The notes under the pieces: model-generated
The model's database searches: none
Told to the model about the DNA's origin: nothing
Seen by the model: only the letters and a program-made list of their open reading frames with translations
Source: Macrostomum lignano
Taxonomy: Eukaryota
Direction: 5' to 3'
DNA: 24,027 nucleotides
Assembly (NCBI GenBank): GCA_002269645.1
Contig: NIVC01000395.1
Location: 1 to 24,027, forward strand
Program-made: the position numbers and the translations under genes
In this document: positions 14,320 to 24,027 of the stretch, piece after piece
Position numbering within the stretch: position 1 is the first letter of the stretch
Layout of the letters: each line of letters starts with the position of its first letter

Positions 14320-14401
14320 CAAGCCACAGGAAAAACTCGAACACGTTCGGATTCATGTCGAGTTTCTCGCCCTGTACAACATTGTAGATCGGCACTACGA
14401 T
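14320..14401 (-). CDS. htr7: 5-HT7-like receptor, coding exon 2 (82 nt): IVVPIYNVVQGEKLDMNPNVFEFFLWL-G (TM6 end, ECL3, start of TM7)
   Basis: Acceptor ttgctaattgcAG with a CTGAC branch candidate ~31 nt upstream; donor GTGAGT. Length 3n+1 joins the phase-0 end of exon 1 to the phase-1 start of exon 3 and rebuilds the aminergic LWLGY motif. Confidence 0.92.
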
Positions 14402-17400
14402 CTGCAATTAGCAATTTGTGAAGCAAACATTGTCAGTCGGCATGCCTGAGTCCCGACACCCAGCCCCAGCTCAAAGTTTACCTGAGGAGGATCACCCTGA
14501 CCCAATTGTAACACTGTACTCCAGAAACAGTTTAGAGGAGACGACACGAGAATTCATTTTGGAGATTCGGGACTCACATTTTCAAAGAGCAGTGGGAAAG
14601 CGAGAAAGAGTGAGGGTGGAAGCGGGAGCAGAATCAATGCTTTCTGGGTTGCCCGAGTCCCCCTAGCTAATGTAACTGGACCGTCCGCATTTCCGCAGCA
14701 ATTCTGTTGTGCTCCTGGCTTCCCCGCGTTAGAGGATTTCTACCTTGGCCTTATTTAGTTAGAGCAGACTGGGGTTGAGCGGCATTGGCAACTACCCAGG
14801 CACCTCCACCCTCTTGCACCGGCAAATGTTTACCCATGGTGTTTGGACCAAAAAATGCGTTTTTTGCTTTTTAACGTTTTTCGACCCTGGAACTGCCTGT
14901 CTGGGGGGGGGGGGGTTCGGGCGGGGCTGTGGGTTGGTTCGGACCGGCATTCTGTCTAATTGTTTGATAGCAGCCCCAGCCCCCCTTGTGGTGCAAACTG
15001 GTCGTCTGTTTGCTGCGGCTGGACCTGCGCCACTCCAAATGATAACATTGGGACATTGTGGCCAGATTTGCTGCAACATGAAATTGGGGAATATCGAGAT
15101 TGCATGCCAATGGAAACTGACAGAGAGAATTAGAGGGGTGAGAAGTTAGGATGAGAAGAAATGGAGAGGACATGAGAGGACAAAAAATGACATAAAGGAA
15201 AGGTGAATAGAAGTGAAGAAAGGAAAGAGGAGAGGAGAGGAGAGGAGAGGAGAGGAGAGGAGAGGAGAGGAGAGGAGAGGAGAGAGAGAGAGAGGAGAGG
15301 AGAGGAGAGGAGAGGAGAGGAGAGGAGAGGAGAGGAGAGGAGAGGAGAGGAGAGGATCCAGCCTGATCAGCACGCTGTCAGGCTCGCAGCGGCTGTGATT
15401 AGCCATGGGCCATGGGAGATTTCTCCACTGCTCGGCAAACCGCGGGACAGAAGCATTTCTTACGGCCAGCTTTCCTCCTTGGCGCCAGCTCTTCTCCTTC
15501 AGCCGGAGGGGGAGTATTGGGAGATTATTCCCCTCCCGTCAGTCCTCTCTGGACGGGAGCCCCAAGGAGGATTACAAGAGGCTCGGAGGTAGAGTCTATT
15601 CGCAGTTTTTTTGCCCCCCCACAGCGGTGCGGGGATTTGGCGAGTATAGAAGAGAGTGGAAGGCATTTTTTAACAATTCTCTCCCTCTCTGTTCCAGCGC
15701 GCAGAGGCTGTTGCCACTATCTGGCTTTGCCGCTGTTTGAGCACGGGAGCTAAAGGAGAGACGGGGGGCCGGCCTGAGCACCGCAAGGGCCAGCGGGCCA
15801 TGGCGTACAGAACCGGGAGGTTGGCCGTTCCTAGATTGCTGCTCAGGCCTGCAGCTGAGGTAGGGGGGGGGCAGGCGGAATGCCTTCGGTGCACTGCCGG
15901 CGCCACGCCTAACCGTATCGGAATGCATGCGAAGCTGGTCAAGGTGAGCCAGTGTTTTAGTCCGAGCTGACTCGGACGCGGCCAGGTTGTAAGAGGGCCC
16001 AGCCGGTGGCCTTTGACTGTCGCGAGAATCCTTCGCGAAGAATGCGGGCTTTCGGGCTGGGGCTTCTTCCGCTTCCCCGGTCAATGGAGCGTGAAAACTG
16101 CTGCCGGCTTGGCGGGGAGATCGGGACAGCCCGAAGCAGGGCAGCGAATGAAAGCGAGAAGGAGCTGGGAAAATCATGGGCCGGATTTATCCAAATGTCC
16201 TTCTTTACTTCCCTTTATCCCCTGCCTGCTAGGAGCCGCTGGGGGTCAGCGGAAGGGGAGATGGGAACGCACAAGTTTAAGCCAAAATCTTCCCAAACCA
16301 CCCTTGCTTTTGCACTTTCTGTTTACCTTCGTGAGAGAGTTCTTCAACAGTAACAGCAAAGGAGTCCGGGGCGGGGGAGAGAGAGGGGGGAGGATAGGTC
16401 TATTGTTGACAGTGTCTTCCACAGTCCCGCCTGTCTCCCAGCTGTGTCTCCCGATGTCTTACTTGTTGAAATAGCAAAACTCTCCAACCCAAAACCATCC
16501 AGTTTTGGAAAGCTGATGCTGCTAATACTAACTCAGAACCAGTCAGTCTGCAGACTTTGCCGGGTCAGTGAAGCGAGCGCCATCTGGAACTCATCCGCTT
16601 GGGTCATAAGTGCCCCGGCACTCCTCCTGGCTCTCTATTTCGCATTGTTGTACTGCAGTGCGCAGCCTAGAAGAGGATTCTGCTTCCCTAGCTGAAAGCT
16701 GCACTTCATCTTCGATACTGCGATATGGAGAGACGGGGAGACGGGAGCGGGCGCCATCTCACGCTTGAGCGGTCGTAAATAGCCCCGAGTCCTTGACACT
16801 GCACTGGGGTGCAGCTCACCTTCCCCATCGTGACAGGGGGAGTCTGCTGAGCCTCCGTCCGCCTCTCTCCCCGCTTTTCTTTCTCCCCCACTCTCCGCTC
16901 CACTCTGTCAGCTCAGCTGCAGCTCCCGGCGCTGCAAGCGAGAATAAGTGCATCATGATTGCTAGCAGGATTGGTTTTATTTTTAAGAAAGGGTAAAAGC
17001 AGGCCGTTTTCTTTCGGCTTATACCTTCGACTGAGACGGGGTCGAGAGGCCTTTCTCTTTCTCAGTCTTTTCTCGGGCTATTCTCAACATGAACTTATCA
17101 GACTGGGCAGAAAGTGTAGCACTTGTGAGGATCGTCTCATCACCCCCCCCTCTCGAGTCCTCGAGACGGCTCCTCATGAGCGCCAAAATCTATCGGAGGG
17201 TGAGCAATCCGCTCCTAGCATCTGCTTCCAGCGCCCCCTGCTGCTTCTGTTTACACTCGACGGTTCGGCGCGGCACTTGCGGCACCACCTCTCTATTTCT
17301 CTCTTTCTAGCAATTTTTGCTTCTTCCGGGAGAAGAAGAGGCTATAGGGAGGCGCGAATTGGAAGACGGGCAGGGAGCAGACAAGCAGCTTTGGCGGGTC

Positions 17401-18184
17401 CTCAACCGTCTCATCTCATGCTTCTGAGCAAGTGACTACACACTGAGTGACTGCCTGTCCCCTCATTCTCACAACTGCCTCCCATCTTCCCATTTCCATC
17501 GCCTTCCATCCATCTAGTTCACCCACCTCCCCACCCCAAAGCTCATGGGATTCCGAGGGGTGGCGGACGGAGAGGCAGAGGAGGCGCCCTCGCCCTCGCT
17601 CGCGCTAATTATGCCAAGGCGGCAGGCACGCAAAACTTGAGCCAGCTCGCCGCTCAGCCTCTCGTCTCTCTCTCTCTCTTCTTCCTTCTGTCGCGAGGCT
17701 CTCAGCCGTGCATTCGGCAGTCCAGCTGGCCGCCAGCTACCGTGGACAGCAGATGAAGGCCTCGCCAATACCGTCTAAGTCAAGAGCAGGGAGAGAGAGA
17801 GCCAGAGCTTCGACCAATTTGTAGTGCGGAGAGGGTCAGGCACAGTGCAGAATATCTCCCCCCAGGCGTCAGAAAAGGGATCTCCACGGTCTCTTGGGCC
17901 TGAGCTAAGCCCTGATCAAGAATCTCAATCCTCAGTCCAGCAGGGGTATACTATTCGCTGAACTTTCCCAGCTTTCGTTCTGTTTTAATAAAATTCAATC
18001 TCATATCACGTGACCGCTGCGGCACGCTCAACTGTGGGGAGGAGTTCGGTTGTGCACTTTATTGAATATGCATGGATCGGCGAAATCCAATCCTTCTGAG
18101 TTGAATGCTTTCTCTTCATCTTATTGTGAATTGAATCGAGCTATCGTACTCAAAACGTATTCAAAATTACCCCGAAAGTCTCAC
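14402..18184 (-). other. Intron 1 of the receptor CDS (3783 bp, GT-AG, phase 0)
   Basis: GTGAGA at 18184 and TGCAG ending at 14402; splicing preserves receptor motifs. Confidence 0.9.
15226..15356. repeat. (GGAGA)n polypurine microsatellite with one (GA)n interruption, intron 1
   Basis: Directly visible, about 26 pentamer lengths, purine-only on the + strand. Confidence 0.97.
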
Positions 18185-19330
18185 CTGAATGATGAAGAAC
18201 GGCAGCCAGCATAGCGTGAAACAGCCCATGATGACGCCCAGCGTCTTGATGGCCTTCGAATCGCTGTTGTTCTTCTTGCGCGAGGCCGGCTGCCGCACTG
18301 ACCGCTTCGGCAGGTCCGAGGCGGAGCTCTGCATGGAGGGCCGCGCAGTCTGACCGTTCGGCAGCTGCTCGTCGATGAGGTTCTTGTCCTCCTGCTTGAT
18401 GTGCACCACCTTCTGCTTCTCGTCGGCTTTGGCCATCTTCCTGGCCAGCTTGAAGATGTTGCCGTACAGCACCAGCATGATGATGAGCGGCAGGTAGAAG
18501 GCCCCGAAGGTGGCGTAGATCTGGTAGCCAAGCAGCTCCGGGTAGCCGCAGTAGCCCGGGACGAACTGCTCCTTCCAGCCGAACATCGGCGGGATGCTGA
18601 TGAAGGCGCTCAGCAGCCACACGGCGGCGATCATGAGGCCCATGCGAGTTGGCGTGCGCTTCACCGCGTACTCGAACGGCTTCGTGATGACCAGGTAGCG
18701 GTCGATGGAGATGGCGCAGAGGTTCAGAATGCTGCTTGAGCACAGCAGCACGTCGCACGAGATGAAGAAATCGCAGACAACTTCACCGAACGGAAAGTAG
18801 CCCAGCAGCTGCGTCATGATGGCGATGGGCAGGACGAGAACGCTGACGAGCAGGTCGCTGCTGGCCAGGCTGACAATCAGCAGGTTCGACGGGTTCTGCA
18901 GCTTCTTCACCAGCCCGACCGCCATGATGACCAGAACGTTGCCGAAGCAGGTACCGCTGGCCAGGATGGAGAGGAACAGGCCGATGAACACCTTGGCTGG
19001 GATGTCGTAGCGACTCGACAGCAACGGCTTGCAATCGTCGCTCATGTTGTGGAGGGTGAACACGGAGATGTTCTTCATTCGGAACAAATTCAGCTGGTCT
19101 TCACAGTTTAAATTCGCTGACAGCGCTGTTGTAGCTGTTGCGGTCGCGTTCACCGCTGCCGCCATGGCTGCCATCGCACCTGCTGTCGAAGTCGAAGATA
19201 CCGCCAACGCCGCCCTGGCCGCGGCCGCGCGGGTGACGGAAGACTCCGAAGCTGTCGCTGCTGCCGACAGAGCAGTCTGGCCGATGCTGGAGGCCGCCGA
19301 CGCGGCGAATTCGATCGCCGAACTGCTCAT
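18185..19330 (-). CDS. htr7: 5-HT7-like serotonin receptor (class A GPCR), coding exon 1: N-terminus to end of TM6 (382 codons)
   Basis: Translation shows TM1 GN, TM2 SLASSDLLV, TM3 CDVLLCSSSILNLCAISIDRY (aminergic Asp3.32 at 18752-18754; DRY at 18695-18703), TM4 W..S..ISIPP, TM5 GYQIYATFGAFYLP and TM6 KTLGVIMGCFTLCWLPFF. The track ORF starts at a GTG; the first in-frame ATG is at 19330 (context aaaaatATGa). The exon ends ...ATTCAG followed by donor GTGAGA (phase 0). The 5-HT7 subtype call rests on recalled family motifs. Confidence 0.93.
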
Positions 19331-20109
19331 ATTTTTTGGAACTTCGATGGGTGCTATTGTTTGCGCAGTGTTGCTCGGCTGTAGTCTGGAGCAGCCCGCA
19401 GTGGTAGAAAAGGTAAGCAAGCGGGAGACCGAGAAAAAAACGTTTCGGGTGAGGGGGGGTTGGTTGCTTGAAACAGTTGGCAACCCACAAAGCCTGAGGA
19501 GCTCCGCTCTCCTTTCTGTCCTTCTCTTGAAGAAACTCTTCTCACTCACTAGAGCCTTTCTCTCCCTCTCGGTGCCGAGCTGTTGCGCTGCGTCTCTCAG
19601 TTTCTTTTCGTTTTTTTCGAAAACAGCGGGCCAGCAACGGAGGCGGCTGGAGAGTGTGATGAGATGAGGCTTGAGCGGTGTCTGGCGGCTTGAGGAGATG
19701 GAATGCGCTCGGGGGTCCCGGGGGCGATGCCAGGTGAGATGCCTGCAAGCTTGACGCCCCCCTTAGCGTAGCGGGCCGTGGCTTCCACCGGCTGCTCGAG
19801 GTGGCGCAGTCTTGAGTCGGCAACTGTAGCTCTGGGGGTGGCTGAGGGGTCTCTGGAGGCTGGCGCTTCGTTAACTCTGGCTGGCTCGAGACTCTATTGT
19901 CATTCAAGCCCGCCTCGCTCGCAACTCGGACTGGCACTGTAAGGGCACCGCAGCAGTGAGAAGCATTGGCAAGGCTAGCGGCAACATTGCCAAATCTGAC
20001 TGCTACAGAGCTACTTTTCTGAGAGCGTATGAATAGAAACACAATGCCCTGCCGCCCCCCCCCCTCCGGCCGCAACCCCTCCTCCGCATCGAACTCTCCG
20101 CCAATCTCC

Positions 20110-20190
20110 GCCTTCACTCTTTTCCCTCTCCATACTCTCTCTCTCTCCCTCTCTCTCCCTCGCTATCTCTATCTCCTTTCTCTCTATCCA
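20110..20190. repeat. CT-rich low-complexity tract (GAGA-type on the gene strand) upstream of the receptor
   Basis: Interrupted (CT)n runs ~800 bp upstream of the ATG. A promoter role is possible but unproven. Confidence 0.6.
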
Positions 20191-23129
20191 GTTCAGCTCT
20201 TGGGTCCATCGGGTGTCGCCGCCTCTCCCTCGCCTCCGGCTTCCTAGACGGCACCCTCTCTCAGTCTGCCCCTCCGCGGAGCGCCAACCACAAGCTGTGA
20301 CAGGACGGGGTTGGCGGGCATGCCGGAGGGTGGAGGGTGAGGAGGCCTTCCCTCCCAGCAGGGCAGCGGGAGCCAGGCACCCTCAACCTCCCGCTGTTCT
20401 CCTGGGTCTTGCGACGACGGATTCATAGCTTGGGGGACGAGCACCGCTAAGGCAAGGCGATGGCGGGCCAGCTCTGCAGATTGGCAAGTGAAGAAAATGT
20501 ATGGGGCTTACAAATACGCCGTGAGACTCATTGAGCCGGGGCCCGCTGAGCGGAGAGGCTGACAGTAAGAAGAGACGCGCCGGTGCAGTTGCAGCAGGCG
20601 CAGAATGCCCGGCTAACTGTATCGCCTTGGGCCCGTGAGTGACTGTGAGCAGCGCACAAAAGAAATTGTTTTTATTTGGAAATTGAGATGATGAATGATG
20701 GAAACCTTATTTAAAGACGAACGGAAAAAGAAAATATTTGCTGCGGTCTGTAGGCTTACTGACTAAGAAATTGGATAGAGGCAGTCTGAGCTTTTCCTAT
20801 CGCCCCTAGCGACACCGCATAGGAGACAGGGGATGGTATCGCAGTTTTTCTCTAATGTCTACTTAGCTAGAAAAGATCTTGCTATAAAAACTGCTCAGCT
20901 TCCCCGTGTCTTAAGCGCACTTTAGGGAGGCTGAGAGCGTACCTGAGCAGCGGCTTGGGATCAGTATCTTCGTGGGAGGGGGGGCGTTATAATTAGCTAC
21001 CGTGATAAGGACACACGCGTAAAATTTATTTTCTATAAGTTTCCTTATGTCCTCAGCTCTGTTTTCTTTCTTTAAAACGCCTGGGAAAAATGTCTCAATG
21101 GCTGACGGACAGAAACGTCATGGAGTAGATGTGAATTGAATTAAATTGGATTCTGTATAAGCCAGTCCTTGAGCGATATCTTTTTGTTCATTGGCCTCAA
21201 CAGCTTGCTGAAACTGTGAGAAATGCCAATCACATTCTAAGTAGGACCTTCGAAAACTAATTAGTTTCGAATAACCGACTGAAAATGTTGGCATCATTCG
21301 ATTATTCTACAAATAAGTACAAAACCAATAACAAGCTGTCGATTAGAATGCACTCTTGGTTAGATGCATGTAGATTAGATATTTGCTTGGGATTGAAATC
21401 TAGATTTATTAATTTATTCAGCAAAATTGATAAATATATAAATATTCGTATTTATACAAGTGTATTAAAATAACCTTAGAACAACCGATAAACAAGCAAC
21501 ATCTAATTAAATTCTGTTTCGAATTTAGGTTGTACTTGATTTTAAGTCAAGTGATATAACAATGATTGCTAAATAAATTAAATAGCGTTTTTTATTGACA
21601 TTCGGTGAAGTTGTGGGTAGATATCACGGGAGTCGAGAGGCTCCAACCGGAAATGGGAGTTGGAATTTGCCTGAAACTATATATCCTTAAATGATCGCGA
21701 TTTTCTCTTTTATGTGTCCAGCAATATTTCAAGTGGGAAAGCGTAAAGATACATATGCTCACGTATATATGTAGTACACCCATTTAGCAAAAACATAGCA
21801 AATAGCTCGTAAATATGCATGCGTAAACGAATACAGTCGAAGATATATTTTATACTTTGAATGAAACCTTGAAAGCACGAGTCAGCTCTGTTGTGCCGCT
21901 AGAACGACTTAAGTAGAAAGGACGGGGAACTTCGTTTCTTAAGAAAAAATCTTTGGCTTTGTTTGGATAACCAAATCTTTGGATATGCAGATTGTTGTAG
22001 ATGACATGAATTTTCCGTTTCCGTCACAAAAAAGTGACTATTTTTTATTAAAAGAGCTCTAAATGCTCATCTTTTCGCATATGATGCCTGATTTATTGCG
22101 CTAAAGATTTCTGTAAAATACGACACAAATAAAAAATTTAACGCTTTTAACGATTCTAAAAATTCAACCAATACTTTCGGCTACAATTGATGAGATCCTA
22201 TTTCCTTAGTGTAATTTTCGCACAAGAAATTGTCAAACAAACAGTTTCCCGTTCTACTACTCCGGGGTTATTAATTTTTAGCATGGCAAAAGTAAATCCG
22301 TGCCCTGATTTCTCAAACGATGTGTGATTATTGAAGACGAAAAGCATCTTGAGCAAAATTAATTCATTCAGTAGGAACAGTAAATTTAAATAAACTTTAT
22401 ATATTTTTTCGTGTACTTCTTTGCTTTAAAAGAACTTGTTTTCCTTTGTTTTCTTTATTTAAAAATGTGAATTTCGTCTTTAATATTTCTTAGAAATAAT
22501 AGTTATTAAATTTTGGCTCCACGACCACTGAGTATGTATTGTGTCAAGTGCGAATGTTTGTTAACAAGGTATCCACGACGCAATTGCAGAACAAGAGTCG
22601 GGTGTATGGATTGAAATGGATTGATTTAGATTAACAGTATTAATTAGTGTAACCAAAACACTAATAAATTGGGTAAATTGATAATTGGATAAATTGGGAT
22701 TTTGGGGTCGGACGATATCACATTTTCGAGATTTTCGAGACTCGAGATCTATGCTTTTAAGTTAAGCAAGATTCGACGAGATTCGAGATTAAGGTTAAGC
22801 CTAATTAGCATTTAGTATAGGCCTATTTACACTATTCTATATATTAATGCTATTAACATTGTCATTTGTTAAATACAATTATGATTAATAATAGAAAGAA
22901 GAACACTTATAATTTTGAGCTTGTTAAAAATGTAGGCCTAGTGTATATAAAATTATATGATAAAATTTTAGTCACCATTCGGCATTCACCAATAGTCACA
23001 TGGTCATAAATCTTGACTTTTTTAGAGATATTTAAAGTAATATCAGGATAGAATAAGGTGTTGAGATTAAGATCTGGACAATTGAGATTCATAAGCGCAG
23101 GAATGTATCAAAAAGTGGGGAGGCAGGTT

Positions 23130-23580
23130 CAGTGGTAGATTTAGGGGGGTGGGGAGGGCATATAGAGCGCACACCCCCTTGAGTTTAAATATGGAAAATG
23201 TATATTTAATGTATCAATTATTTTCAAAATCAGCCTTGTTAGCACTTATTTTATAAAGTGCTACAGGCACTCATTTTAGTGCTTCAGGCACTAATTTTAG
23301 CACCATAAGTAAGCATTTTAGCACCATAGGCACACATTTTAATGCCATAAGTATGTATTTTAGTGCCATAAGCACTCATTTTGGCACCATAAGCACTCAT
23401 TTTAGCATTGCAAATGCTATGTTTTAAATGCATTTATGCAAAGCAGCAAAAACCAAAAATAAGCAAAAAGTCTATATTTTAAATTTAAAATATGAAAGGG
23501 CCAGGTATCATTATTGGCCCCTCCATTTTAAAAAGTAGAAGGGTCATGGTCTTATTGTCCCCCTCATTTTTATACCTATG
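23130..23580. mobile_element. Possible MITE-like remnant enclosing the 21-bp repeats
   Basis: Starts CAGTGGTAGATTTAGGGGGG and ends CCCCCTCATTTTTATACCTATG. Each resembles termini of small non-autonomous DNA elements, but they are not good inverted copies of each other. Confidence 0.25.
23266..23412. repeat. Seven diverged copies of a 21-bp unit (consensus (A/G)GCACTCATTTTAGCACCATA)
   Basis: Exact 21-bp periodicity; the ATTTT core is invariant in all seven copies. Confidence 0.9.
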
Positions 23581-23775
23581 TATCATACATGCGCAACTGC
23601 TAGCCGACCTGGCCGATCCGGCCACTAAATCGTGGCTGACCAGGGTAAGTCGCAAAATTGAGTCAACCAAAAACAAAAAAACACAAGAACCAAGAAAGGC
23701 AAGAGGAAAGCAAAAGAAAGAGCAGTTCAGGGAAAATGGTGAAGCAAAAGAAAAACAATTCGCAAAAGAAGCAAA

Positions 23776-24027
23776 CTAAGTCGCAAAAAAGATCAGGTAA
23801 GTCGCAAAAGGGTTAGGTAAGTCGCAAAAAAGATTAGGTAAGTGGCAAAAAGGATTAGGTAAGTCGCAAAAAGGATCAGGTAAGTCGCAAAAAGAATCAG
23901 GTAAGTCGCAAAAGGATCAGCTAAGTCGCAAAAGGATTAGGTAAATCGCAAAAAGGATCAGGTAAGTTGCAAAAAGAATCAGGTAAGTCGCAAAAGGATC
24001 AGCTAAGTCACAAAAGGATTAGGTAAG
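23776..24027. repeat. 20/21-bp tandem array GGTAAGTCGCAAAA(A)GGAT(C/T)A, ~12 copies, running off the window end
   Basis: Directly visible; an isolated monomer GGTAAGTCGCAAAA also lies at ~23644. Confidence 0.97.

Noticed and set aside
15146-15592. RGEER/SSPLL repeat ORFs
   Set aside because: Translations of the (GGAGA)n microsatellite.
18150-19667. Overlapping and antisense ORFs up to 212 aa over exon 1
   Set aside because: Shadows of the high-GC3 receptor CDS; GCN-rich codons read as Ala-rich on the opposite strand too.
20688-20762. Possible C/D snoRNA (ATGATGA ... CTGA, 75 nt)
   Set aside because: No convincing terminal stem, no clear C'/D' boxes, no host intron and no recognisable guide.

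Overview
Eukaryotic (metazoan) genomic DNA containing one intact protein-coding gene, a minus-strand three-coding-exon class A aminergic GPCR of the serotonin 5-HT7 type (CDS join 19330-18185, 14401-14320, 11298-11036; 496 aa by my splicing). The ORF track shows it only as three unconnected pieces. Its TM7/helix-8 sequence and an adjacent RTE-type LINE remnant recall free-living flatworm (Macrostomum-like) sequences; this is inference from memory, not a search result. The left 6.9 kb is repeat DNA: a 21-bp minisatellite fused to a ~4-kb 23-bp tandem array with linked variant units, a possible ~680-bp TIR-bounded element, a decayed non-LTR retrotransposon fragment and a telomere-like 11-mer. 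The introns carry (GTCT)n and (GGAGA)n microsatellites. Beyond ~21 kb the DNA turns AT-rich and ends in two more short-unit arrays. I see no clearly new multi-gene system. The best leads are regulatory hypotheses around the receptor (tandem splice acceptors upstream of the ATG, PUF-like motifs in a duplicated 3' segment) and the internal structure of the arrays. Nearly all other ORFs in the track look like artefacts.
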